This document shows positions 13,825-54,542 of a DNA stretch of 64,000 nucleotides, in pieces. The stretch comes from Bugula neritina (taxonomy: Eukaryota > Animalia > Bryozoa). A program made the translations under genes and the position numbers. The DNA lies in assembly GCA_964035545.1 (NCBI GenBank), contig OZ037768.1, forward strand, positions 24,461,319 to 24,525,318, written 5' to 3'. Position 1 is the stretch's first letter. Each line of letters starts with the position of its first letter. Under the pieces are notes generated by a model, which did no database searches, had not been told where the DNA came from, and worked only from the letters and a program-made list of their open reading frames with translations.

Positions 13825-15300
13825 TAAGCCTATGTACATCCTGTATCATATATTCTTGAACTATGTGTGTGCTACGGACTATACTACTTGTATATATGTG
13901 TATATAATATTAATATATATGTTTCTAGACCAGCTATAAAGCATATATAATATAACATAATTTTATCCTGAGCTATTTAAGTATAACATTTATTTATTAT
14001 GCACATTGTATTCAGCACAAATGGTTTTTTTTCTTCTAATATATCCCAAATGTAAAGAGCAGCGTCTTGTATTATGCAACTTATATAAGCTGCTACCTGA
14101 CTTTCCCCTAAACATTTATGGCTCTTGTATTTACTTATAACTTTCTTCTAATTAACTTTCTAATAAAATAATCATGACCTCTAAAAGTTATTTTGGAGAT
14201 CAAGAACTTGACCCAAACCATAAACTATTCGTCCACTAATTGCACATGTAATGGTAAGTATGGTGTGATACACATCAGTTTAGAGGATCCCCGAGTTTCA
14301 AACATTTTCAGCTGAATATTATTAAAAGTTTTTTTTACAATTAATTTACCTGGAAATAGACAGCAAATAGTATGACTAAGATGTACAATATAATCGGAAT
14401 AATTTTATTAGGTATATTAGTTACATTCTGAAACAATAAATAACAGCACACTATGTTGAAACATAAGTTATGAATAACAATTCAGTCTAAAAAGGTCAGA
14501 ATATCTGGTCTTTCAGTTTCTCCTTTATTTATATATCTAAGTCATTGCCTCTGAAAACACGGACCATCCAACAATTGTAAATATATAAAAAGACATGCCA
14601 GAAATACAACTAAGTAATGCCCGTGACTTCCTTAAGCTTCTCCCACTTTGTGCATTGTGGGAAGTCTAGAGACCAACTGAAGTGTTAGATACATACAATA
14701 ATGAAAGCAAGGTCAAAGGTTAAAAACAACTTGCAACATAATGCACTATACCCTTTGCTCTCCTATATAATATTATATATAAAGTTGAAGAAATCTGCTA
14801 CATTTAGATATTAAATTCAAGTTGAGATCAAAACCAGTACTGGCTTCTATGTACAAAATATATGGACTCTCTTCATGAATTAAAGGCAAAGAAGAATAGA
14901 AATAGACAATGTTGGTTATCAGACAGAAAAGCTATTACCTAATGCTTTAGAGGCTAGACTATACAGTCTACAGCTCTGACTACAGAGGAGTTATATGACA
15001 TCATCAGATAGCTCTGACTACAGAAGAGTTGTATGACATCATCAGATAGCTCTGACTAGTTGTATGACATCATCAGATAGCTCTGACTACAGAAGAGTTG
15101 TATGGCATCATCAGATAGCTCTGACTACAGAAGAGTTGTATGACATCATCAGATGGCTCTGACTACAGAGGAGTTGTATGACATCATCAGATAGCTCTGA
15201 CTATAGAGGAGTTGTATGACATCATCAGATAGCTCTGACTATAGAGGAGTTGTATGACATCATCAGATAGCTCTGACTATAGAGGAGTTGTATGACATCA

Positions 15301-22154
<6,854 letters not shown>

Positions 22155-24551
22155 AACTCCTTATCACATAAATCTGCACAACTTCATTCAGGCATCGATT
22201 TGTTCTGAAGAAAATAGTAAACATATAATCTAGCAGCTACTTTGTATTTCTTACTACAGTCACAGCAATTCATTGTTTCAACAGGATAACTTAATGAAGT
22301 AACTGAAATGCAGCGTAAAAATATCATTATGTGCTCACACTTGGATATTCGTAAAATCTTCAATCTTCCAATTAAAATTCAATCATCAATGTATCAAATA
22401 TACAGTTACATCTTTTAATTTTACATTTGAAAAAAGTAGATGAGATTAAAATTGTACTTACAAATAAAATAAAATAAATATTTGACCTTTGATCGAAAAT
22501 TAAAATAATAAATCAGTTAAAATAACATTCACTGTTAGTAGCAGTGTGTAGCATCAGCTTTCATCTTTGACAATTAAATTATTGAGCCTGGTAAGCTCTA
22601 ATATATTTACTTTCAACTTGATTTTACTGTTAGATTATATTTATTTAATAAGCCAAACTTTGCAGCTACCAGCTATCCGTACAAGAGAAAGTATAGATAG
22701 GTGAAATAGATTTATTATGCTGGACTAAAATGATCTAACATTCTAACTCAATATACCAGTTATAAAAATAAAAATTAATTTTAAAATTACATTTATCAAC
22801 AGTTGAAAACTCTTATACTTATTGCTAAGCTTAAAGTTAAACTTAAACTGAAACACCAACAGTATATTTTAATCTCACCATTATTATTAGTGTTATACTT
22901 AAAATTACAATATTATTATTAGTATTAGCTAGTACTTACAGTTACTATCATTATTATTCTTCAAATTTATAGTAATACTAATAGACATACTCATAGTATT
23001 AGTGATAAGTGATAAGTAATACCAATATTAAGAGTAATAACCTAAAAATAAGTGTTAGCATAGATTTATCATTTTGATTTATAATATTAATAATAATTTC
23101 ACAAAACCTAGCCCTAGGGCTAGCAGTACTACTACTAGTAGTTCATGTACTAGTACTATTACCTACTACCTAGTCGTATCAGTTCACGATTAGTAGTACA
23201 GTAGTAGTAGCCTACTAGTAGGACTATAAGACGTAGTACTACTACTAGTACTAGTAGTAGTAATAGATTTAAATTACTAGTAATTGTAAATACCTATAAA
23301 TACTAATACTAATAGTAGTAAATAACTATAAGATTAACACATTAACTCTAACAGTTAGTGTTACAGTAACACTAACACAGTAACAGTAACCTGACTTTAA
23401 GTAGTAAATAGTACTACTGTCTACTACTACTAGTATTGATTAAAAATTAAATGATTAAATCAATTACAATATCATTAGTACTAGTACTAGTAGTACTAGT
23501 AGTATACTATGAGTATGACTATCACTATCAGTATGAGTATGAGTATCAGTATTAGTATGAGTATGACTATAAGTATAAGTATAAGTATAATGATTATTTT
23601 TCAACAAACTATCGCTAGTGTGGTACTGGTAGACATTAGCGTAAAAACTGTGTCTGTTGTAATTAATAAAAAATTTAAAGATAATTATGAAGTAAGAAGC
23701 AGTTGTACTGGTCAGTTGTCACAGCATCGAGTAACAAAAATTCAGGTTTTTCAATTTTCTTTAGCTAATGATGTGTTACAGCTCTAGCGGTAGACCATAA
23801 TTCTAGATAATGAAAATATCGGTTATGAAAAGCCATTTATAAGACAAATCTATTGTAGCTGCACCAGTAATGCGCAATCACCGATTAGAACTTTGCTTTA
23901 AAACAGCGAGTAGTTATCAAGACATTTCTCACCTCTTCTGCAAAAGATGGAATCTTATTTCAAAGTCAATCTTGTCCCATTAAATTTAATTAAAAGTTAT
24001 TAATATTTAGAACTAAAATACTATAAACTATATTTTTATAGTTATTTTTAAGGTTAAGTATTAAACAAGTAATTATTATAAATATTGTCATTGTAAGTAA
24101 ATGTGTTCCTATAGCTAAAATCAGATAAGATATTGATATTTAACATCTATTACTATTAGTATTACTATTAGTATTAGTATTAATATTAATTATTATTATT
24201 CATTATTGATATTGAGTTAATAATGATATACTTGGTCTTATATTTAATTTGATAGTTAGTGTTATACTTATAGTGTTAACTCATAATCCTAGTGATCAAA
24301 TAAGAACCTGGTAATATTTGCAGCAGAAGCCAGTATTTGGTTTGTACCATCATCATTCATCATGATGTGATCATGTTTTGACTCTGGAAGTAGAGCCATG
24401 TGTATTTATACTTGTAATATTTTTTAGCAGTTATGACTTCATGCATTTGTATAACTAAGCAATGAATTGTGCTAGTGTTAGTGTAGCATCTTGCATGTAT
24501 GAAATGCATCATGCTGCATTGCTGTTTGCTGTTGGTAGATCATTCTGTACA

Positions 24552-44378
<19,827 letters not shown>

Positions 44379-45324
44379 CACTTAGTCTAACTTATCTCCT
44401 GTGGGTAGTGAATACAGAGTCTATTAAGTTGTCCCACTATGCATTGTTGTGATTGGAATGAGTTTTGTTTTATGACTAAATCAATGCTGAAGAAATTAAT
44501 TACCCAATTATGTATTAATTGAGAACGGGAGGGGTGCTCTGTGTTCCTTCCCCTCCCGCTGTGTGCTCTTCATATAGTGTGCTAGTGTGTGTAGCTAACA
44601 GTGTGTGTATTATGGGAGGGTTTTTTCCTCTTTTATAAATAATTTTCCAGCCTTATAGGGAAGTTTTTTTATGATATAAAAATTCTTATTCCAAGTCTTC
44701 ATGAATTGAGATTTTATACCGTGTTTACAGTTTGTGTGCTATTTATAGAATATAATAAGTTAAATATAGACTTCAGCTTTGCTGAATGGAGTAATCAATA
44801 ATATGAGTTTATTCACTATTCTAATATTCTTGTCCTTTCACTACTACAGTGTTATGATATACCAGGGAGATTCTCTAGCATGTTTAGATTGGTTGGGTCT
44901 GCTTCAGCATATGCAGTGAATATACAAGAGAGGTGCAGTGACCTTTCGGCTAATAGAGCTACTTGTGGCGATATTAGGCATTCAGTTTAAAGTATAACAT
45001 TAGTTAGCTGTATATTACACTTTCTACTCTCTTGTCATATTTATCAAAGAGTCCATCTAAGTTACAGTTAGTGTCTGCAATATTTCAGATTCAACATAAT
45101 AGCTCTTGTTGATAACTCTTTCTTGACTTATCTTATGTAACCTAAGTTCTAGGCTAAACTAAGTACAACTGTTGTGGCTGGTCACACATAAGTCCAACTC
45201 TTAGTGAGGAAATATAATGAAATTTATTCAGGGCGTGTGATGTACGTTATTAATGATATACAATCGCCATGGAGATGTGTACGCAACTGTACAGGCTGGC
45301 TCAGTATTGTGTGCTAGAAGGAGG

Positions 45325-45331
45325 TATATAA
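45325..45331 (+). promoter_or_regulatory. Candidate TATA box
   Basis: TATATAA about 120 bp upstream of the signal-peptide ATG at 45450. Confidence 0.4.
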
Positions 45332-45449
45332 GGAGGTGTATTGTATTCTACACACCAGAGCTGTTGGTGTGTAGACAGATTATATATCTCCATTAACCTC
45401 TCATCTTCAAATATATAAAGTGGAACAAAGACTACATTGACCTCTCAAC

Positions 45450-48400
45450 ATGATCTCCTGGACTTTTCTATCTGCTTTCCTGCTAGCTCTCTACTCACTA
45501 TCAGGTAAATAATTATTCAGTCATTTTTCTCTTTAAACTGTAAATATATTTCTGTAGAATCAATAATAGTTATTTGCTGTCCTAAAAGATATAAATGTTC
45601 AATATTTATAGTTTTATAAATTAACTTGATGACCCAACTATGGATTGCTGGAACTGACTTTTTTTTAAACTTGATGTTGAAATATATTTTCTAATGAATT
45701 AAGTTAGTTCGTTTTACTTCAACTGATAATTCTAACTGACTAAAATGTGAATAAACTTATAGTTTGAAATCTCTAAGGCGCCTACTCTACTTTTAGCCAA
45801 TGAGATTAGCGTGCCGAAAGTGTTGTTCCATAAACAGCGCCACTGTGCCGGGTCAGACATGAGAATTTCTTGTGCTGATGACGGGAAACCATTTGGAGGA
45901 TACAGACTGAAGTCTTTCTCGGTTACCGTATATACGTCTGCTAGTCCAAAGTAAGTTATATACGTCTGCTAATCCAAAGTAAGTTATATACGTCTGCTAC
46001 TCCAAAGTAAGTTACTGTGTATTCGTCTGCTAGTCCAAAGTAAATCATTCTCAGTGATACTTTGGAGAAAATTGTCTTTAAAAATTACCCAATTGATCGA
46101 TATATAATATTTTACAAAGTTGAAATTTATAAAAGCCTAAAGAAAAATATCTACCTGGGAACAATTCAAATTATCTCTGGAGGCTTCTTCTAGGTTGATG
46201 TTTGCTGAACACTCTCCCCTTCACATTTAGTTTAGGGAGAACCCTGGACTGCCCTGTATAATCCTATTCTAAGAGGTGCTTGTCTGAGGTGGGAAAGTCA
46301 TAATGTTGGACTGTTTCCTCTATTTTAGGGTCTCTTGTGACCCACGGCAGCCATTTTCCCCCAAACACGTCTGCGTCGAGGATCATGTGAGTGTCAAGCA
46401 GAGAGTGTCGGCTCTCAAGTCTGAGATCTTCAAGCAGTGTGCTGATAAGACGGGGTGCTTCATTAGACTCCCCTCAACTGAGCTTCTGCAGTGTGGAGAT
46501 AAATCATACTTTTACGGCATTGAAGTGTTATTCCAATGTTCTGGTGAGTGAATTGTAGATATTGGATAAAATATGGCTAAGGAGTTGATTATACATGTGT
46601 CATGTGTCATGTGACATGTATCATGTGACATGTGTCATGTGTCATGTGACATACATTAAGTGATATGTGTCATGTGACATGTATCATGTGACATATTGTA
46701 AATATAGCTTAAAATTTAAATGCTGCTGAAAGTAAAGTTGAATCAACTTTAATTTTGCAACTTGAAATTTTTCTAAATATTTGAAATTGCACCCGTAGAC
46801 AATTCTTCTTGTTCTCTCATGATGAGCCTTTCTCTCTCACAACACTAGCCATGTCTATATTTAACTCCTGTGCTATAAATAGACGTGCTGTATAGACTAC
46901 ACGCCACACATCCTCTGGTTTCCATGACTTGACACAAGTAGCACTGAGGGCGTGGCTGGTGTAACCAGGGAGTGTTAACTCTACTCTGTAACTATGACTC
47001 ATCACTCCCTTCACATCCCTGTATCCAGTCAACTCTCTGAACAAACTGTGTTTTATTAATACATTATTTTTCTAGCAGAAGTAGAACAATTCATTGACCT
47101 GCAGTATCTAAGAATATAATAATGGCAAAAACGAATTTGCAGAAAGTTACAATTACTTAAATTAATTTTTTTCTTGTATGCAAAAAACAATTTCCATTTA
47201 AAGTTTCAATTTTTCTTTTGTTCTGCCTGGATATTTGCAATGCATCATTTATCATGTATGGACTAAAGATAAAGGAAGTGAAGTAGGGCTATTAGTACCC
47301 TTAAGTATTATATTACTGGTAATTATGTAAAACTTTTTGTTAATATCTGTTTCTTGCGAATTATTATCTATCTTATTAGTAATTATTAACTCATAAGATA
47401 ATTATAATTAAATACACATTAACTGCCTATTTATAGATCGCGCTATATGTTGGCCATTTATATTCATATAATGACGTAAGGGAAGCCACCACTGTAATGG
47501 ACACACCCCTAATTCACTAGCTGACTTGAATAATAATGAGTGGCTAGAAGTTGGGAAGGGGCTGATGGGGTCACATAGACCTTCCTCCCTTCCTACTGGT
47601 AGTCAGTCTATATGCTACCATATACCTTATTATATATTATAGTCTATATACTAGCTGCAGTATATCAGTTGTTACTACTACATAGCTATGCATTGTCCAT
47701 CTAATAAATTAGTTTGCCTGCTATGCTGTCTTACAGAAAGAAGTATCAATATTATAATTATTATACAGGCTATTGGATGCAGTTTAAAATCACTCAACTG
47801 AAAATGTATCAGTCATGTAAAAAATCATATTGTTATTCCATCATATTATAATAAGTAGCTGTACTTATATAAGAATAATATCATATTATTGTGTGTGTAA
47901 GTTAGTTTTAGTATTTTATTATTATATTGTAAAAGCTTGTAATATTATTAGTTAAATATGTTGTAGTTAGTAAAAACATACACTGTACCTATATAATGTA
48001 TATACAGATACTTATCAAATACTTAGATATACACATGAAAAGTCTCTACTCACTCAGATCGTATGTGTGGATGCAGTTTGTGTGGAAATCAAGTGATTCA
48101 GTTTCTTATGTTTAGTTATAGAGTCATCTACTCTTACATACAATAATTGCACACCTCACCTGGCATAACATAATACTATGAAATAAAACTATCTTCTCCC
48201 TTTTCTCTACTCTCAACTCTCTACTCTCTACTCTCTTCTCTTTTCAGTCACACCCCAGAGCTTCTCTGTTATGAAGGCATATCAACCGTCTAAGAAGTTA
48301 CCAAGTATCCTCAGGCAGCGGAGGTCTGCAGCTAGTTACAACTTCGACAGTCAGCAGGGCAAGCAGAGTCCCGGCAGTCACCAGAATCTCAAATATGGCA

Positions 48401-48966
48401 ACAAGCATGACAGCAGACAGAACGGCCTTGACCTCAACAGCAGACAGAACGGCCTTGACCTCAACAGCAGACAGAACGGTCTTGACCTCAACAGCAGACA
48501 GAACGGCCTTGACCTCAACAGCAGACAGAATGGCCTTGACCTCAACAGCAGACAAAACGGCCTTGACCTCAACAGCAGACAAAACGGCCTTGACCTCAAC
48601 AGCAGACAACAACATGGTGGAAATCTTGTCAACAGCCACCAAGACCTGAATAGCCGACAGCAAAAGTCAAAGAACGACTGGGACTCGAAGGAGACGAATA
48701 AGAAGGACTTCAACTCGTATGAAAAGTACAGCAAAGGAGGCGACACCAGCAGAAACTCTCCAGGTGATTCATTCGAGCAGAGAAGAGGCTTCGGGAAAGG
48801 AACAGGAAGTAGGGGGCGTGGCAGAGGTGGTCGTAGATTTATCTCCTCTTACACCAGAGATGGCCGACCTGTATACAGTGATAAACTGGGTCACAGCTCT
48901 GCCAGTTCCACTTCCTTCATGTTAACCACTGTGTTGGCTTCAGTCCTGCTCTCTTTAGTGGCTTAA
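45450..48966 (+). CDS. Secreted, probably GPI-anchored protein with a SUEL-type lectin-like Cys domain and a 9-aa repeat; exons 45450-45504, 45797-45950, 46329-46543, 48248-48966
   Basis: Signal peptide MISWTFLSAFLLALYSLSA; 8 Cys ending CADKTGC...QCGDKSYFYGIEVLFQC; RQRR|S; (NSRQNGLDL)x7; hydrophobic C-terminus after a Ser-rich spacer. Intron phases are compatible. Confidence 0.75.
48410..48609 (+). repeat. 27-bp coding tandem repeat
   Basis: Encodes SRQNGLDLN x7. Confidence 0.95.
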
Positions 48967-49713
48967 GATAACAGTTCGCTGCTTGAGTTTCAAATTGATT
49001 AAATTTCGATTGTTGATTGTTTTGTTTTAAACAAAATAATTTGAGCCTAAACTAGCTTTTATCATGTCTATCTGTTTTAAACATGTTTTATTTATTTATT
49101 ATCTTTGATATTCTTTTCTATAATAAGCTACAAACATGCTGCTTTAATATAATATATTATATACCCTGTGTTATATTCTATGCTGTTAAATGTTTGCTAA
49201 TAAATACATTACATCAATAATTTCTTGAAAGTCTATAAATGGTGATGTGGAGTTGCCTGCCCTTATGAGTGGTGACTAACCACACATAGTTGATCATACA
49301 TCCATACATCATTCAATTTATGAGATTGTTGCTTCTTGAATTAAATGAAACAATTTCTGATTTAGTTTGATCAGAACTGCAAAATACAGACTGACTGACA
49401 CAGCATATGAAAATAATTGTATGATGATAAATAAACAGTTTAAAAACCTTCTGACATAGTAGGCTTACTATAATATTATTGCCAGAGCTTTTACAGTATA
49501 TTACTTATATACTAATATTTTGATTGGTTGAAATAACAGAATCTGACTTTAGTCATTTAACTAAGGAAAAAGATATTTCCATAAGTAAGATTTTCTATTA
49601 ATTCACACCAGTGGCAGCATTTCACTTCAATAATTTGTGTAACTTATGCAATATTATATATATGAAAAATTATCAGTTGGATAATATTTTACAAAATGTC
49701 AGTAAAAAGTATT

Positions 49714-49786
49714 TGACCCCGCCAGGACTCGAACCTGGAATCTCCTGATTCGTAGTCAGGCGCCTTATCCATTGGGCCACGAGGCC
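49714..49786 (-). tRNA. tRNA-Arg (anticodon ACG)
   Basis: GGCCTCGTGGCCCAATGGATAAGGCGCCTGACTACGAATCAGGAGATTCCAGGTTCGAGTCCTGGCGGGGTCA: 73-nt cloverleaf, A and B boxes, downstream T5 terminator. Confidence 0.96.
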
Positions 49787-50817
49787 AACCATACGCATTC
49801 TTGCGCTATAACAAACTTTATTGTATCTAGCTTTTCATGCTCCGTACATAGTATATTGGATGAATCAAGTAATTCCATTTTCTTTTTTTATATCGTTTTC
49901 TAATCGTTGTACAGTCCTGCGGTTGCAGTAACATTAATATTATTTATTAGATTTGTTACATTTACTAAATCTGTTATTATAAACTATTAGTTTTCAATTA
50001 TAAATATTGCACATACCCTTGGTGTTACTATTATTATTATTATAACTATGTATATTTGACTGCAGTAATATTTATCTGTTTGCTCGATCCGGATCTCGGA
50101 TCTTCAATCTTGTCAAGCACTAATTTTCATTATTATTATTGTTATTAGTATTACTATTACTATTAGTATTACTAATTAGTATTGCTATTAGTAATTACTA
50201 TTAGTATTAAATTTTATATTATAAAATGAAAATATTGGATTTATGCGCAAAGTATTGACTATTAGTATTAGATTTACTTTTAGAATTAATATTAGATTAC
50301 TGATTAGTACTAAGTATTACTATTACTATTAGTATAAGTATGGCTATTAGTATTATTATTAGTATTACTATTACTATTAGACTTAGTATACTAAGTATTA
50401 GTATTAGTATTACTATTATATTTATTGTATTCGTAATGTACCAAGTCATTGTAAAAGTAAAACATTAAAATTGAATAATCATAATGATTATCATAATCAT
50501 GATTTGAATTTGATATTCATATTCATATTGTTTACAATAAGTATAACTCAACTCGCATTCAGGACTTGATTTTCTCCAACTTGAAAGTTGTTCTGACATT
50601 TAGTGATTTACATGATTCCTTTCTTAGTTACATTTTGGGATTCAATTTAATTTGGTAGACACCAAAACTTCATATTCTAAGTAAGTACTGTTGAAACTAA
50701 TTGAACTGCTGAGCAAATATTTAAAATTAAAGAAGAAATTTTTTTTTAATATTTAGAATGCCAGCTTATTTATGCACAGTGAACAGCTTGTCTACACTCA
50801 GTTACTAGCTCATTCTG

Positions 50818-53591
50818 ATGGCCACTCAAGTTAAACTTCCTCTGTTGATGCTGAAAGATGTCTCTCTCCGAGTTCTCATCATTACAGGTTATTAGTCACT
50901 CTTTTTATGTCTTCTTTGCATTCAACTTGCCATTTCTATTTACAAGCATCTTTCATACACTCTGCTATTGACACAATAACACTCGTCTGTAGATTGTGGT
51001 CAAGGTGTATATCAAGTCAAGCAACCACAACCCAGAGCTATAAATACAGATGAGCTGAGGGCAGATGAAATGCCGATATTCCTGGCTAGAGATGTCTGTG
51101 GGCTGATTGATGAGCCGGGAAAGAATAGTGGGGCCGTTACACGGTTCACCAGGAAGATGCATACCTGGAAACTGAATACTAAAGTACAATTCTCAGGTAG
51201 AAAGTAGATTACTTCATTTATAAAATACTTTGGTTGTATAACTTAGCTGGACAATGTAAGTTTCCTGTTTGAACATTGCTTAGTATGATTTTGTAACCAT
51301 TTCTTTATTATAATCCCTTATACATACGTAGCTCTAAGAGAGCAAACAATTCCTAATAAATATAGCATTGACTATAAGAAAGTTATCTGATGTCATACAC
51401 AGAGCTCTGTTCTACTACGTGTACGTACACACAGCTCTGTTCTACTACGTGTACGTCTGTTTATTGTAGATGTGTGTGTTGAGGGGATCAACAACAGTTC
51501 TGTGTTAAATTTTGTTAATATCGAAGCACTTTACATCGCGGCATTCAACAGCAACAATACAGACGTGCAGAGTCAGTTGGTACCCTGCCTTACGGTATGT
51601 ACTTCCTGTTAAAGTGCTAACTCCGCCTACACTACAGTATCACTAACTCCACCTACACTACAGTATCACTAACTCCGCCTACACTACAGTATCACTAACT
51701 CCGCCTACACTACAGTATCACTAACTCCGCCTACACTACAGTATCATTAATTCTACTACAGCACCACTGTATTTATTACATTATACTATATACTGAATGG
51801 CCTGGTTGTCTCTTGTAGAAAGTGTGGCAAGCTCATTGCACCAAGACCTTGCCAGAGCATATCAAGTATTCTCCAATCAACACGGCTCCTACCATTACTG
51901 CAGTAAGTTGTTGTTCCATCTCCATGGCAACGCTCTCAATAGCATGTAGATATGAGCTGTTCAAATGTCAGCCTTCTTAGGAACAATTCTATTGGTTATC
52001 AGAGATTTATCTTCTCCTGATTGTCTCAACATTCAGTTTATTAATCTACTGAAATTATTATTTAATTTGAATATTGAACTTATTGCTGAAGTAATCAGTT
52101 AGCATATAGCTGGTGTGTCAATTTACTACTGGGCTGCTACAGTGTGGAACTCTTAAGTTGTATATATTTGGAGTTGTGTTCCTTCATACAGGCACCACAG
52201 GAGGCAGAAAACTCCAACACTCAGCTGTTTGATGATATACTGAAGTCTCTGGACACAAGGTCTTATCAGATTGGCTACGTCAGTGATTTCAGGTGAGTCT
52301 TTTCTTGCTATAGTATTGCTCTGTGCTAAGATGCTATAGTATCACTCTGTGCTAAGATGCTATAGTATTACTCTGTGCTAAGATGCTATAGTGTTCTCTG
52401 TGCTAAGATGCTATAGTATTACTTTGTGCTAAGATGCTATAGTATTACTTTGTGCTAAGATGCTATAGTATTACTCTGTGCTAAGATGCTATAGTATTAC
52501 TCTGTGCTAAGATGCTATAGTATTACTCCGTGCTAAGATGCTATAGTATTACTCTGTGCTAAGATGCTATAGTATTACTCTGTGCTAAGATGCTATAGTA
52601 TTACTCTGTGCTAAGATGCTATAGTATTACCCTGTGCTAAGATGCTATAGTATTACTATTGCTATAGCTCTGCATCTTATAGCTTTCTTTGGATTTTCTC
52701 AAGTTTAGTAAAAATAATGTTGTTTTTTGCAATGTCCAATTGCAGGATATTTCAACACGTTTTAACACCACCTGTGAACTGCAATAATAGTGAAACTAAG
52801 TCTTATACTTGAGCACTGCACACAAGCAGTGGGATTGGCATTGCTTGGTAACATGTTGTTGTAATTACCACGGCAACATGTTTTGGTTATGTTTTCAGAG
52901 TTGAATGACTTAGCAGAACTGAAAATATAATACAGTATAATATACTAGTATATATAATACAGTATAGTATACTAGTATATATAATACAGTATGATATACT
53001 AGTATATATAATACAGTATGATATACTAGTATATATAATACAGTATGATATACTAGTATATATAAATATTACAGTGTAGTATATATTTTTAGAAGTTTGC
53101 TCAACAGTTACCGGAGCCTCTGCTTGAAGCTAAGCTCCGCCTCTTTTAGCCAAGTTCTGCAGAAGGAGGAGGAGCTTACTCAGTCACTGATAGCCTCAGA
53201 TCTATCGTCAGGTGACAGGATTCAGGAAGCCGTGTTGGATGTCGCGAGCTGCTGGATTGGCCGAGAGTTTCGCTCTCTCCGCCCCCTCATTCAGAAGAAG
53301 GTCACGACCTTCAAGACAGAAAACATTAGCAGCATCAGTAAACTACCTTCAGCCAAAGAGATCTGTCAACTCTTTCCCAAGGCTATGGTTAGCTTGTTTG
53401 AACACTGGCTATACTCGTACAATGACTGTGAAAGGTCGGGTGGGGCGTGTGAACCCCCCTCTAAGTATGTAAAACACTCAGAATCTGATATTTATCCGTT
53501 CATACAACTTTTGCTAGAATTTTCCAACAATACTCTAATATCAGGTGTTGCCCACGTTGTCTATACTCAGCTTCTGAGAGACCCCACGTAG
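50818..53591 (+). CDS. Uncharacterised protein, 6 exons (about 50818-50887, 50993-51196, 51470-51594, 51819-51902, 52192-52292, 53093-53591)
   Basis: GT-AG exons join into one open frame ending ...YPFIQLLLEFSNNTLISGVAHVVYTQLLRDPT*. Start codon tentative; family not recognised. Confidence 0.7.
52305..52667 (+). repeat. 26-bp minisatellite near a donor
   Basis: (TGCTATAGTATTACTCTGTGCTAAGA)n. Confidence 0.95.
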
Positions 53592-53698
53592 CAACTGGCA
53601 CCACGTAGCTGGCAACTGGCACCACGTAGCAACTGGCTCCAACGTAGCAACTAGCACCACGTAGCAACTAGCACCACGTAGCAACTGGCTCTCTGTAG
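53584..53698 (+). repeat. Repeat of about 17 bp overlapping a stop codon
   Basis: (CCACGTAGCAACTRGCA)n; the first TAG is the stop at 53589-53591. Confidence 0.85.
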
Positions 53699-54542
53699 CT
53701 GACAATTAACAACTGCTCTGTTTGTAGACTGGGAGTCGCTCATTTCACCTCCTTTTTGCCCCCCCCCCCCGCTATCTTCCTGTCTCAGTTGGTCAACAAG
53801 CTATGCTGTAATGATATTTTTATGTTACTTCAACTCACCACCATAGTTTATAGACGCTGTTCAACTTCTGCCATTTTATTAGTTGCTACTTCAGCTTCAG
53901 TAGTATGATGTCTAAGTTATTGGGTTGTGCTCTCTTCAGTTTAGGTATAACTTTTATTTGCATCCCTTTTATTTTTGTATCATGTATTAAAATTTGATTA
54001 TTTTATGTAATTATTATAAAATTATTTTATGTAATTAGTTGAATGTAAAAGGTATTAATTCGAAAAGATCTCGCATCACTTGATTGTGGAAGTGGGTTTG
54101 TGTAGTTCCATGCAGCATGCTTTGATAATGAATAAATCGTAACATTTATTGATGTATTATAAATATAAATATATATACTGAGTTAACGTATTATCACTAC
54201 AAGTTGTATTAACCAGTGCAATGTGGTACAGTGGTGAATATAGAAGAGGGAAAACTAAAACTGGGTACATTCATATAGTAGTTCACAAAATAAAGTTAGA
54301 CACAAGTATTGTACCTAATAAAACTAATAGTTATATCAAGTGTTACCCCAGATGGTGTAAGTGCCAACTGCTATAGTGTGTTACTAATGGGGGTTATAAT
54401 AAATACAATAGGAAGCACTGACTATATACTACATACAGAGTATAAAGTTATCACATTAGATGTGGAATGTGCGTGCTACAATAATAGTATGATAAACTAA
54501 GAATTGTGATGACAAGAGAGAGAAACTTCTGGTTATATTAAA

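Noticed and set aside
23509-23787. MSMTITIS ORF
   Set aside because: Low-complexity intergenic tract with no splice or homology support.
45872-45895. CTGATGA-CGG-GAAA hammerhead-like core
   Set aside because: No room for stem II, no stem I or III pairing, and it lies in a coding exon (CADDGK).
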